Source of the DNA: Tubiluchus corallicola
Lineage: Eukaryota; Animalia; Priapulida
Assembly: GCA_030141605.1 (NCBI GenBank)
Contig: JAQGDQ010000176.1
Span: 310,001 to 374,000 of the forward strand
Direction: 5' to 3'
DNA: 64,000 nucleotides
Part shown: piece after piece, positions 34,546 through 49,600 of the stretch
Position numbering within the stretch: position 1 is the first letter of the stretch
Layout: each line of letters opens with the position of its first letter
Made by a program: the position numbers and the translations under genes
Notes under the pieces: model-generated
The model's database searches: none
Told to the model about the DNA's origin: nothing
What the model saw: only the letters and a program-made list of their open reading frames with translations

Positions 34546-35301
34546 AACTATTAACTTCCGCAAAATCTTGATTAAACCAGTGACTTCTAGTATTAGTCAA
34601 AAATAAAAATAACGGCTATGAAATCAACAGTAGCATGTTTTCACAGCTCGCGAAATCAGCACAATTCTTGATAGGTTGAGTAGAAATTTATAAAATCTTT
34701 TCACTAATTTGTAATTCAAATTAGTTACAGCAATTTCTTTTTAAGCTTCTAATGCATTACTGACATCAAAGTTCGCTTCGATATGATTCTCATACAATCG
34801 CCAAGTAGCATTAATATAAATTACGCTTGCGTAATGGGATAATAATAGATAATGTGAAGGTAAAAGCAAATCAGATTTCACAAGTACCAACAATTTTACA
34901 AAGTAAAAAAATCAAGACAAATAAAACAAAATGAAATTTGAAAATCAACTATTTTGTAATGCCACAGATTAATTAGACACAAACATCTTCTTGTTCATTC
35001 GGGTTTATGTGAATGGAACAACGTAACGCAATGGGAGGTTTTAAAACCTTGTGCTTAACCATAATAAATGAAAATACTGTATTGTGTGTTTAACATACCT
35101 AAGAGCCGTTGCGCACATGCGCTACAAAAATGATTCACATTACTGCCTTTTTCCCATATAAAAGGTACTGCTGCATTTATATTCATATATCTCTTGCGCC
35201 TGCGATATTTGACTTTTCGTCTCCATTTAATACGAGTTTAAGGCTACATACCCCAAATGACATCAAGGCAACAACTACTGTAAGGATTTTAGTATGTTAA
35301 C

Positions 35302-35590
35302 ATTTTAAGGGTTACACGTCCTCAAGTGACCTCAAATGTCTTCACAAAGCTTCAAAAACAATAATAATGAAAATAAAATAAAGGCTCATCATAATGGGTC
35401 TGCAAAGGGCACAGTCACCAAAAACTGCACCAACCTACATAAAAAATGAGACGATCACACTGAACAACGGAAAAACGTATAAAAGATTTAAAAGTCATTT
35501 GAAAATTCATAAGGTAAAGCAGATATGACTTCATTCAGCTTAATTTGGTTGGTGTAACCAACAAGCCTTAAAAGATCACACACTTTCCTT
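35302..35590 (+). repeat. ~290-bp dispersed repeat, copy 2
   Basis: Diverged direct copy of 34257-34545. Confidence 0.8.
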
Positions 35591-38500
35591 AAAACATTCT
35601 ATCATAACTCCTACTTGACTTTACAGGCTATTTATCAAATGTGAACCAATTTAGTACCTACTATTCCTCTACAAAATTTTGAGTCATACTTTTCAGAACA
35701 CTAACTAAAAGTAATAATCAACCAAGGCCTTATGCACGTGCGTAAGGGTAAATAGCACCTAAGATACACTAAAGCAAAATTTTCAAACACTAACTTATTC
35801 ACTGCAATTAGATATGGACTCAAACATAGACAAATTATTAGGCATTAAGATTTAAGATCATGGTGGAATTAACCCACTAAAACAAACAGACAAGACCTGG
35901 CAGAAAAGTACATTGGCAGGTGTACATCATACAAAGTACAAAGTGTAATTAAAGTACATACAATTTACAGTGCAAGTGTAACACATAACAGATGTGTTAT
36001 ATAGTTATATATAAAAAATATTCCGAATCCGCAGCAATATTTCGCCAGATATCAAATATGCCATCTCTCAGCACTACACATACTTTACCTTTCTTCGGCA
36101 GATGCGTCCTGTATCTTCTATAGGCTTGCTTGTTTCCATCTTCAAATGTTTCATGAGCTGGCTCTATAGACTAAGCGCAAATGCACAAGTCTACAGAATA
36201 ATCAAGTCAAAGAAGAATCTTCTGCAAATTAGGGTTAACAAACACATAGCTATAGTTAACAAAGTAAATATGTACAAAAGTCAGCTGATATATATGACAC
36301 TGTTCTCATGTGCAAACCAAATGCGCAGAACTGCAACGATGCATGCATACTTTTAAAAACGTCACGAAATTCGGAATTATTATGATGAAAACTGACCATG
36401 AAACTATTTAATCTTTTTAATATTGCACCCAACACTACGCTAGGTATTTGTTAACGACTAGGCTTAAGCTCAATATTTTAACTATAGTAACTGTTTGTGA
36501 AAATGAACTTACTAGTTCATCATCTATCAAAAAAAATTAAAACTCAAGTGAGTGACGCAACAAATATGATTCAAGTATCATGTAAAATGACTCCATCAAC
36601 CAACAATGAAAAATCAGAACATGAAAGTGTCCAGTTAGCTTATCGTATATTATCCGTATCTTACTTAGTTCAGATTTGTCACTACATTATATTCTATACA
36701 CACGATAGATAACCTAATTTGAACACTAAAATTTTATCTTTAAATTTTGTATGACAAACACACTCCTCAGACATAACACGTAATACATAATTTAGCCCCA
36801 ATTTATTGTAAATTCAAGTGATTCAATGCCCAAAAAATTGATCATGGTTCGTTGCGCACACTTGTTTTAACTGAATTTATTACACTTAAGTAGATGACAA
36901 GTTCTTAACCAAACATTAAACAGCATATATATATATATATATTTATACATTTTGTGGTTTTTTTATGCAAAATTCATCAAATCTATACAAGTACAATACG
37001 TACTATGCATGTGCAAAAATACTATAGACGGAGTACCGCAAAAATCTGCGAAACAGCGAGTTTGCTATAAACGAACCGCGAAGTAGTGAGGGAATAGTTT
37101 TTGTACACACTTTGCTGTTTGGACAAAAATTAAAAAAACAATGCAAAAAAGAGAGCAATTTATAGATATCGCAAGTAGCAAAGCTGCACAAATGGATTCC
37201 AAAATAAACCTAAGAGTATGGAAGAGCAATAATTTCAGCACTTCTACATCATAACACCCACTTAAAAACCATTAAAAAATCTTTATTACAATACAGACTA
37301 ATAAAAAAAAGATGGAGAAGACTTTTTCACTTTAAACTGTCTTCAAAGGAACAAAATGCATTTCAGTAATTCATACACATTTCCTAACTAATACTTACTT
37401 GCCTGTATATACTTGTGCATAGCATGTAGTAACCCTTTAAGCACTATGTCCTCTCTGACTGCAAAGCGTACTTGAACATCATCTAATCCTACACTTCGGC
37501 TTTTATGTAGACACTTTCGCTCTTGAAGTTCTGATGCTCTAGCAAACATGGCAGATCAATTTCCGGAACCTGTTTTTGTATGAATGACTGCTAACTGCTG
37601 ACTTTTAAAAAGTTTGTAAAAACTTCACTGACACTTACAGAGTCTTGATGTAAATGAGACTTGCTGTAGTACCACGAATTTAATGGTCGATATCAGTACA
37701 AATTTCATCACGATCGAAAACATGAACCGGTAATGAAATGACACCTTGACAGCGAAACACTTTTGTCTTGCAAATCATCAAGATTAGTTGACGAGCACTC
37801 TTTATGCCCTTCTGCATCCCACATCCCAGAATACAGGATAAATAGTGCACCTACAGCACTATATGATTAGCAAAGTAATGATACCTTAGCCATCTTCAGT
37901 ATTTCTAAAGCAATGTGGTATCTGCTTTCACTAAATTTGAAAGACAGCTGTATTTTCAGAAATAAGCAAGATCATCAAACCCAACCATGACTGGTAAAAT
38001 ATGGAACAACCCATCAATGGTAGATTACTTCTAGTGAAGGCCTTTCAAATTACTTTTGACATTAATCCCAATGTGAACAGGATTAGCAATGTCACAGAAA
38101 AACCACATATAGGCAGTTACCCTCTTTTGATTACGAAGCATATTCCGTCAGCACTTATTATTTTCTCAGGTCCAGGCAGGTCAACATACAAATCTCTGTA
38201 ATATTCCACACCATGGTAATGAGCAATACACAAATGCACACGCTATCTGCGAATCTGTGTAATTACTACCAGCGAATCACCATGAAAAAATCAATTCCCA
38301 AAAAGCAAACAACTGACATCATGCAGCAGTTATGTTTCTAGTAAGTGCAATTTAATTAGGCATACAGTATTATGTTAATCCTAAACAACATTAAGCCTAT
38401 CTGGAATTCTTAAACTGCTCCAGTTGCCAGATTACTACCTTGGTATTTCAAAAAGAATATAAGAAATCTGTACACACAGTATTTTTAGCAATGAACTGAC

Positions 38501-40604
38501 ATAGTTGACCCCAGCATAACAAGTGTATATCATTCTTGCACACACACACCGGGTCTGAACATAAAAAGAACTGAGCTCAATCGCTGGAAATTATGTAGTC
38601 TTAACTTCAATACTTACTAATACCACACTCGAAAAATGCGAGAACTTTAAGAATTTTTCATTTACCATAAAGGTGACATGGAAATGTGAACCTAGATCAC
38701 ATGTGCTTAATAAAAATTATAATATGCAGCTATTATTATGCCAACATGTTGTCAAATGGCAATCATCGTCATGTTTTAAGAAGCAAAATGATTATATATC
38801 TAATAGAGCAATAGTGCAGTATAAGTCAATGAAAATGTGGTGAATGAATAGGGACGTTAGCAAATGTGTCAGGCAAAAGCAAATACTTTGGTTTAAGAAT
38901 AAAAGGGGTGTGAATGCTGAAGCAAGTATTGCTTCTAAAGTTGCAATATGCTATACATAAAACCCAAAAGTCATTAACATCAGGAATCATGTTGATACTA
39001 GAGTAAGCTTAAAGACTTCAGCACAAAAGATGAGCTGTCTGGAGATTCAGCGAATCAGGCATTCTAAGCCTGGGTCAATGTATTAGTTTACGAGTTTCAT
39101 GTAACTGACTCCCTAGACAGTTAGGCTATACTGTCGATGAACAGTGATACCCTACTACCTGGTCAAATGAACCTTGCACGTGGCACCAAATTTACGCAAC
39201 AAGACAGATTCCTTTAGAGATTTTCAAGAAATAGTCAAAGACGAATTAAAATGGGCTAACTGATTACGTTAGCTTAATTAATGTATCTTAATAAATAGGT
39301 TTGTTTGCAGCTTTTTCTAATTCTGTAATACTTCAATTGGAACTGCACAAAATAAATTTGATTTGAAAACTACAACAGTCCATTGTGTTACTATGGCACA
39401 GTCATTCTTACCACTAGTACAAACCCCAAAGCCGTTGAAGTTGAAAGCTACAAAATTCAAATTAGGTAGATATCACTTCCACAATCAGAATGTCCTTAAC
39501 ACATTTTTAATTATTAAAAACATCCACAACCACGGAAGTGCTTTGGAGTCGGAGTTGAAACAAGAGCAACACATTTCAAAAGTATTAATCGCCGAGTCTG
39601 ACAAGACCTAAATACTCATGCCTGGATCCAAATCTTGGCAATTTATTCGATTTAGTGTTGCAAACAACTATTTAAATTTGAAGTACCTAAATGAAATTAA
39701 TTTTAAATGCCTACATACTGGCTTAAAAGTTGACCTAAAGTAGTATAGTATTCTGTCTTTATTCAATGCAGTTATATTAAGTGCGTCTATATAAATAGAA
39801 TAATTAGGTAAATAGAATAATTACGAACGGTTTATTTTCGAAGTAAAATATCAAGTCACAGTAATCCACATGTCACATTTATGTTACAGTAAAGATAATA
39901 ACTTTGCTTCTGGCAGAAGTCACCCCAAATAAAAATACTTCCAACATGCAAAGGATTTGTAACAACACTGAAGCCATCCACAATACTTGATAGCACACTT
40001 GACTGATTAAAACACAATTTCTTACTTCTAAATTACCAGTCTCTACATTGGTAAATGGTAAATTTCATTTTACACAAACTACAGATACTTTTGAAATGTT
40101 TACTTTTATGACGATGTTGATCATAATGATTTTAACGCAGTGCCACGAATCAATCTAACCCATAGCGAAGAAATCGGTTTCTGATTAAAAAAACTCAAAA
40201 GTGTGAGACTTTTTAGGGCTTAAATTAGACGAGTATTGAAAATATGCACAAATTTATTAACACATAACTACTAGCTAATATTACATTACACATTCACTAA
40301 AATTAATTTAAAGTATTTCACTTGGTATCCTCAAAGTGAAATACACCATTATACATGTATTCCGAATTTTACAAAATGGAAACAGACATAACACCGCCTC
40401 AAATTTAGAGTCGTTTGAGCTGAAGCTAATACGTGTTGTTCACAGAAACCTTGTAAAACGAAATAAACATATCATAGCTTCAAATTCCCACATTCAACCA
40501 CATGATTAAGATGCAGATATTGGTTAAGAAAACAATAATAGTGTACAGCTATACAACATTACTGATGATTAATGTAAAATCTATGTTCAGGATAGTAAAG
40601 ATGT

Positions 40605-43600
40605 TTAGTAACGCCGACGCTTGGAATCTCCTGGATAATCATCATGGCCTCTACGCATGTCCAGTCGAGGAAGCGAAGGGGGTCCCCTAAGCGGGACAGC
40701 GCCACCCTCACCCCGATGGTCAGAATTTCCACGACGATGATCTGACCCACGCGGTCCCATATCTCTGCCCCCAAGCCCTCCACCGGGACCAAAATCAGAC
40801 AAATCAGACATGGGCATTCCTGCAGGAGAATTTGCCATACCGCCTCCCATACCACCACTTGTAGCATCAAACAGTGAATCTCTCTGTTCATTATAAGTTA
40901 TTTCCGCGAAATTATGACAGTTTACAATAATACAATAGTCAAATCACATTGATTTAACGAAGTCGAAGAAGTGAATATTAAATTTCATTTGTTGCACGCA
41001 TCACCACACAGTAAGAGTTACCATCAGTTTGTTACAATCCCGGTGAAGAAATCCATTGTGTCGAAGGTGAATCATCGTAATTTCATGTAAACAAAGGAGG
41101 GAAAATAAATTCATTAGTAAAATTCGCTAAAAATACACCAAACACAGACAAATACATAATAACAGCCAATCAAACGAATTAATTAATGCATGACTACATG
41201 AAGACCTTTCATATTGCTATTTATTTCAGCTTTTGTACAGAATACTCACAGAATTGATTGCTCTCAATTTTGCTGGAATTCTTGAAAGCTATTTTATCAC
41301 GATGCAAGTCGCCAGTAAAACAGTTTCAAGAGTGTCTTAGTTGCGGCAAATCAAAATAAGCACAACGTTAATTGCAATATAATAAACGTGTGTAAAACTC
41401 ACAAGCACGCTTCTGCCACAGTGCCACTGAGAATACATTCAAATTGATGCTCACAATGCAAGCAACTGCATTTAAAGCCAGAAAATGTGGTATAAACACG
41501 ATCAGCAACTAGTTGTAACGGCAGCAGCGACCATTTGCCAACAACAGTTAATATTTCAGATCAAAAACAATCCCTGTTATACTTGATCATTCCGACGCAT
41601 GTATACAGGCTTGAAAGGCATAAATTTTAACAAGTGCCTTAAATCACAAACATCCTTCTTCACATAGTATATTATCTCACATTGCTTCTGATATTACATC
41701 TTATGACAATGTGTCACCAGTGAGCTTGAAACTTCAGTCTGCTTAATCTGTTAATAAAATGACTCATGTTCCAGAGATAGTAATTGATGTGTTGTGCAAC
41801 AAAATGAAACAATAGCTTCCCATTGATGCGGTCTGGAATTTATGTACCATTATGTCTGTGCAGTATGCAGTACTACCAATGTAGAAAAAAGCAAAAAACA
41901 TTAACAGTTTTCTTTGCTAAGTGAAACTTTGCAAAAAGAAATATATATACACGTTACGAGTAGTCTGCTACAGGTATAATGTTACTGGACACCCACGACA
42001 AGTTTGTCTGAAAATATTGCACGAGTAATTGAGTTATGATAATTTCACACTTGGGCATGTTCATTTTTGAACGAATAATGTCATTAGCCAAATGAAGAAA
42101 AGCAGTACACTGTCAAAGGTATAGCGAGTTTACACCAAAGTTAAATAGCCAGAATTGTGATTCTTCTGAGCAAACATTAGACAATCTGGAAAAGTGTGCA
42201 TTAGTTTTAGCGATGCGTGCTTACGAAAACCCACAAAGGTGAACAGCTAAGCCATAACTTTCAAACATAAGTGCAGCCTGATTCACTTAGCGGCAGATTA
42301 TAATTTTAATTTGCATTTAGCAAAACTTTTCATGTGCATGTATCATGTGCTAACTTTAATATTTTCAAATACATATTAAAATGCACAGAAAGCTATATGA
42401 GCCACTCCTATTCCTTACTGTTAGAATAGTATTTTCGACACAATTGGGTGCCTCGTTTACTGACACTAATAAGTTCAAGTGCAGTAGGAAAGTTCACTCA
42501 AACATACTAGAGACAATCTCAAAACGCTAACAGAAATCACTAAAAATTACTCTCTAGAAACTTTGAATATTCACAAATAAAAAGTGTGGTACTCTGGATA
42601 GTAACAGGCGCAACTGTTGATCAATTATTATTTAATATAAAACTGTTAAACCAACAAATTTTAATGTAAACTATTAGTGCTGTATCTTTAGTAACTAGAA
42701 CATCCATAACAAGTCTGTTCAAGTAGTTTAAGAATATAATATGGATCTGTAAGTTTATTGTAGCTATCCAAATCTCATTTTATCCAAAACCAAATACAAC
42801 AAGGTCTGGTAAAGCAATAATCAACAGTCACATTTTTGTTTTTATTTTTTGGATCACTGTCAAGAACATCGTGCACGGTCCAGCACTATTCAAGCAGCAT
42901 GCAGAACGAGGCTCACTGGTGTTTTAACAAGCACTTCACCCCAAAACCTTGCACTTTAATGCAAGAAGCATGGCCAATTGGTCAATGCACCGCAGCTTGT
43001 CAGTAACCAGACTGGTGAACTGGTTCAATACTCAGTGTAGGCATAGTGGGCCGTTTAATAATTTATTCACCGTACTGATTCTGAATGGTTACTTCACAAA
43101 GGAAAAATGTATACACATCCGAACAAGACTGAAATACCTGTTAGTTCAGAGGCTCATCTTAGAGACAGCATTAATGACAGCTAAGTTCCAGTCTCATCAC
43201 GACCATTTAATTTGACTAGAACATGCTACTGAATGCCAGATTCCAGCTTACAGTGGTACGAGCAGTATGAAAAATGCCACTCATGATACTATGGACTTGT
43301 GCTTACAGCAAAATGATTAATGAAACAGAATTAACTAGTTTTTTTGACAAGAATGTCACCAGATGCTAATACTGAGAGGCTAATGTCCACTAGGCATCAG
43401 CTTCTTGACTATTAATTAGCGTAGAGTTTACTCGAGCACCAGGAAACACAACATTTAACAAATGGAATATGATCAGCTTACACTCAGTTCACTGCTTATT
43501 ACTATTTGTTAAAAAGCTATACATAAAGCACATCGCCAGTCATATCATTAGGAATCATTTACTGTATGCATACATGGGCTGTATCTTTCTCTGCAGTCAA

Positions 43601-46600
43601 CTTCACGCAATGCATAGGTTCTGGCATTGACATGTCTAGCTGCAGTTAATGCTATTTTTCCTAAACTATCGAAAATTTCTTATACTTCCCGCCACACACT
43701 GAATCTGGGTGGCACGCCAACTGACACTGACCTTAGTTACAACCAAAATGAGTTATATGATCTACTAAAATAAAGTTTAAATACAAAAAAGTAATTTTAT
43801 TTGAAATTCGTTCAAAATTAAACAATGCAAATTGTTTTGCAATAATAATTACGCAATATTTACAGCCCCTTTCAATAACAACGTAAGATCAGCTTAAAGA
43901 GGGAATATCACCAAAATTAAGTTGAGCTTGAATAACTCGCGATTGTGAATAGAAATATGTACCTCATTCTTGACGAAAATTTCATGCTTAAGAATCCTTG
44001 GTAAAAGTTCGGATAAACTTGTACACAAAACAAACATTTGACTAGGCCGCATGTATCTGCGCCGGTGGCAAAATTGCCATATTACAGATAGCAAGACTAC
44101 AGCACATAGTACTTCAACAACAGTAGTACAACATCACTGGCCAACCAGTATTAATTACTTGTAAATATCAAATGTTTTTAAATGCCCTCAGTTAAATGTC
44201 TTATTTAATTACGGCAAGAATATGAACAGGCAACACCTTGCATAATTACGGCCCATGTGAACCCCCTGCATCCCAAATATAAACAGGATACAAATAAACT
44301 GGCTCTGCAACATTTGTGGAACACCAGTTTATATTTTTACATAGTAAAAAATAAGCAATATGAAAGGTCAACATGCAACCCTAGATTTCAAAACTTATAT
44401 ACAACATTATATAGCATTTCAGAAAGTATCTCTAGCATCAATAAAATTAACTCACTTGTTAAGTAATAATATACAATAAAACAGTTTAGCACCCTTATGT
44501 AATATAGAAGTAATATATTGTTAGCTAATCAAATAAGTCCAAATAAAATAAGATTTTAAAGTAATGCACTCTTTTAATTTTATAAACGCATATGCTACTT
44601 AGGAAAAACTTGTATACAGGTGCAAAGTGCATTCAGTTTTAATTTTAATAAACATCGTCTATGTTGGTACTGTGCTCTTCTCAGATCTCATCCAGCCTAG
44701 TGCTTCAAGCTACTTAGCTACATAACCATGTCTTAAATGCATGCCAACATCTTGAAAATTACTGAATTATAGTTTGAAACGACAAGAAGTGTTCACCCAA
44801 ATGATACTATAGAAATGACTCTACTGCTGTACTACTTCTCAAGACACGCGTTTACTCAAAATTATATATAATCAACATAATTGATTAGTCCTAGCTGACA
44901 AGAATGCCGTGAAAAACGGTCATTATTCAAATGTAAATATAAAACAACGAAGCCATAGTTACATTTAAAATTGTCATTCAGACCGTTAGCAAAGACACAA
45001 ATTAACGGAAATTTTTTTTCAGAGACAAATTCAGCAACAACGTACACCAGCAACATAATACAACAATTGATGCCTGACTAACCACAACATGAGAACTGTT
45101 ACATACAGTAAACTCTTGGTTAACGACGCTAATGCATTCCAAGAAAGCGAAACACCGTTAAACGAAACCAAGACATCCACAGAAAGTAATGTAAAAGAAT
45201 TGCAATATGTTCCTGAGGAAAAAAATCAATGCCACTTAAATAATATATAATAAACGTTTTATGAGTTTTATTCATATTTCTACTGATTAATTTCTTTCTG
45301 TTTGCTTTAAGCCACCGATCTTTTATACCAAAACCTGGTTAGCCTGGTTTCTCTTTCTTTAAAGTTGAAGCCTAGACAGCCATTAAATAATAAGCACCGC
45401 ATAGTCAAAGCCAAGCCTTTGGGACAATTTCATCTACAATTAGTCTGGTTGCTATAGCAACAAGTTGGATGCAAAATTCTTTCGCAGAAAATCTGCACCC
45501 AGATGCCTATAAATCGAAGACGTATAAGTCGTGAATAGATTTCGTTTGGTACAAACAGCTAGCAATTAGTAGACAGTCAGAAGCAAAGCACATGTAACAA
45601 CTGTACATTTCTAATTACTGTTGTATTTCTAGAACAGAATAATGCAAATACTTCAAATTAGGCAAAAATGGTGCTTTTGTAAAATGAATATTAGCATTGA
45701 GTTAAGTAAGGAAATCGTCGTTAAAATGAAATGTATGTCGTTAAGTGAAAAAAATGTGTCAAATGTCCAGCATCATTAAAGCAAAACGTTGTTAAATGGG
45801 GAACCGTTAACTGAAAACTTCTCCGAAAGTTCATAAGATCTGCTGTGTTTTACAAGTGGATTATCAAGCAGTGGATTATCGAGAAATGTAGACTGTGTAC
45901 ATTGCAAAAAGATCAAGCGACATAAAACTATAAAGGCACATTAACATACTAAACTAAGGAATAACAAAGCTAGAAGATTGTCCTTATAGAGATACAGAAA
46001 AACAAGTAAGATGGAATGATTCTCAAAAGCTGGCTTTTGCTCTTTGATTAGAAACAGTATATGTTCACCACTACATTAAAAAAGCATTTGGGTGATAGGC
46101 CACTTCAATGGCTTGAAAACAAAAATGCCTTGTTAATGACCAGCTTATTCAAAACCAACAAAGTAGCAGACAGACACAGTCACACACGGATATGAGGTAC
46201 TTCAACAGTAACAGTACTGTCAGCAAAAAAATCAAGCGAAAGTGTGTGTAGTACACATTTTAGAACAACTATTCCAGACAATGTTAAGGCCTTCAGGGCC
46301 CTATAACCACAAACTTGGTTACCATCTGTTAGCAACATGGTAACATTCACATGTTACTAAGGCATTCCTACTTCATAAATAGTCTAAACAGATTAGGCAC
46401 AAATCACTATATAACAACAAACTGAAATTTTCAATCAGCTTTTGTTTGTATTATTATAGTAACATATTCCAATAGTGCACCTTCTAATGTCTAACAAGAG
46501 ATTATGTCCCAGTGTTATTCATCCAAATGTTATCATAATATCGTTATTTATGATATCTTTAGCGCTCTTTGTTGATAAACTTGAATTACAAATAGACGCT

Positions 46601-49600
46601 TTACAAACCGTGAAAGTACAATTCAACCAATTTGGTTTCATTTCACTTTGCCAAATAGTCAAAGTGTGCAGTCATCATCAGCAGACATTTTGAAAGGCAA
46701 CTATAACTACAAAAAGAGAAACAATCATGGCTGTCCAACTAAAGAATTTAAAGCCCCTAAAGAATCGGGAACTTGTTACAGACATACAGTTTTCACCAAG
46801 ACGTGTTTCTCGAGATTTTTAAGTTAATCAACACATTCAAATAACAATGGAGATCTCGAATGAATATCACTTTGAACCGAATTCAATTCAAATTCCTATC
46901 GAGTGCAAGAAATTTTCTTGAAGAAAAGTTAAGCATGATAACTGATGGAAAAGATGTTGGTTGGCATTGCATAACTGAAAATTGAATGCATGATTATAAT
47001 AAACTAAGTAGTTGAAGCACATTACTAGGCAAGAGTCAGGTCACTAAGATGTTGGCAATGAATATTCATGACATAATTGAAAACTGAATGCATGGTTACA
47101 ATAAACTAAATAGCTGAAGCACGTTACTAAGCAAGAGTCAGGTCACTAAGATGCTGGCAATGCATATGACGTAACTGACGACATAATTGAAAATCGAATG
47201 CACGATTGTAATAAACTAAGTAGTTGAAGCACCATACTAGGCAACACTCAGGTCACTAAAGAAATATGTTTCAGTGTTCTAAGCTGGGCTGTAACTGTCA
47301 CTTGCAAATTCAAAACGCTTATGCGAATGAACAGATGGTGTTTATACGTTGAACTAAGCTCGCCCTGTTCTAGATGCTAACCCAATAGATTGAAAAAACC
47401 TGTAAACAGGGCACGTGTGACAAAAAGACAAGGTAAAAAAAGGAAATAAATGCAATACATTACCGGCGGAACATTTCCCATTCCTGAGGAGCCGCCAGTG
47501 CTGCCACCACCACCGATACCTCCTAAGCCCTCTGAAAATTTAAATATGATATTTCAAAAATAAATACAAAAATATGGACACGGCCAGCATCAATTCCAGG
47601 CATTTCAAACCAGGATGTGCATCATCCATCCTCTGAAATCCACAATTAATCTTTCTCTCATATTTCAGCATAAAACTAATTATCTATAAATGACTTCAGA
47701 CTTTTAAGCATGTATACAATAACAGAATTGTGTGCAAGTTTTGCACACACATAAAAATGTACAAACTTTACTTCTGTCAGGTCCTCTAAAGCTCAAGAAA
47801 ACCTTCCACATATAAACCTTGAAATTTTATACCTTTTACACAGTACCTTTTTATATACAGGGCTTGTTTCAGCAGTAACGCAGTATAAAGCATGTAAATT
47901 TAAACTCCCATGATGACAGTTAGTCGCATCCACTTTGATAATAAGTCATTTGAAACATGTTTAGATAACAGTGAGTACAGTTTGAAAAAATAATCAAAGC
48001 ATTTGTAGCGCGCACGTCTCTTAGTAAGTCAAATTTTAAATTACTGTATCTTGTCAAATAAGATTAAAAAGACGTTTTTTAGTTAGTGAGTGGCGAACCC
48101 TGGAGGTGAGTCAACGACATTTTACCAGTTGGTGAAAACACTTTAAATAATTAATAATTTTCTTTTCCAGCTACATAAGTCTTTCAAGCAGAAATGCTAA
48201 GTAACATAACTTTACATAGCAAACTTTTTGAGACGTAATTCAACATTTCCTTTTCTTGCCCTGACTTAAATTGTGCGTATATGGCATCATGTCATGGCGC
48301 AGTCGAAACAGTATTGCAGAAGATTTAAATGAAAACAAACAAAAAATCCTTTCAATGTGAATAAGATATAAGCATAACATTGCTATAAATTAATATAAAT
48401 TTTTAAGGCCATTTTTCTGACCACCTACTTCAGGTACCCCTTTTCTTGTCTTTAAAATCATTCAACTACCTATGTTTCAGGTGATACTCTAACTCGTTAA
48501 TAATTGCATTTACAATGGCAACATCACACGAATTACATCAAAATAGACCTCTTATGGACAAAAAATGACAAAAATCACTCAGACAATCTATATCCTAATC
48601 CTATATCGTCAATTAGAACTACTAGCTGTGAAAAACAGCAAAGTTTATGGCTTCTGAAAATTAATTACCTTTTAACGAACTTTCGCTTATTAAGGCCAAT
48701 TTTTATGGTTTCTTATGGACAAAAAATGACAAAAATCTCTCTGACAATCTACATCCTATATAGTCGATTAGAAATACTAGCTGTGAATAACTTCAGAGTT
48801 TTAGGTTTTTGAAAGTTAGATGCCTCTTAATGAACTTTAGCTCATCAAGGCCAATTATCTTTTTTACAGACAAAAATGACAAAAATCATTCAAACAACTG
48901 ACAGATATACACATTTCTAGACCATGTACAATGAATTACAAAAACATTAGCAGTGAATAACTTCACAGGTTTAGACTTTTAGAAGTTACTGCCTTTTAAT
49001 GGTATTACAGTTTTAATGAATCACCAAAGTCAGTTACCTCTTCTTGTTATCAAAAATAACAAAAATCGCTCAGAGAATCAATAGGCAAAAAACTACATGT
49101 TCCTAGATACTGTATAATTAGACAAACTAGTTATGTATAACTTCAGACTTTTAGGCTTTCAACTGAGATTCCTGCTGATCTGATGGTTTGTTGGCACATC
49201 AACAGGCAATATCAAAGAAAAACTAATGGTAGATGCAAAAGCGACAAATGGATACATACTCCCACTTTAGCAGTCATTGCCAAGAAGAACTGACTAAAAA
49301 GGAAATAGCATTAATCTGCAGTTGTGGAATGACCAAAAACATGCAAACACACAATCCACACTTATATATAGCAGCAAGTTTCAACAATTTACAATAGTCA
49401 TACAAGATAAAAATGCAAAATACCTGCTCCATAACCGCCGCCCAATTGCTGAGCATCGCCAAGTCCTGCTCCCAAAGAAGCGCCACCACCCATCATCTAA
49501 GTATTAATTAATGTATCATGGTTAATCTTGAAAAGAAATAATGAATAGCCTAAATGTTATAAAATGAACGTTTAAACATTCATTTTATCATTATATGGAA

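Noticed and set aside
41015-41090. Possible C/D snoRNA or micro-exon on the minus strand in the last DBHS intron (ACGATGA...CTGA, nearby gtaact donor)
   Set aside because: The C box is imperfect, the terminal stem geometry is poor, no rRNA target was recognised, and there is no AG acceptor.
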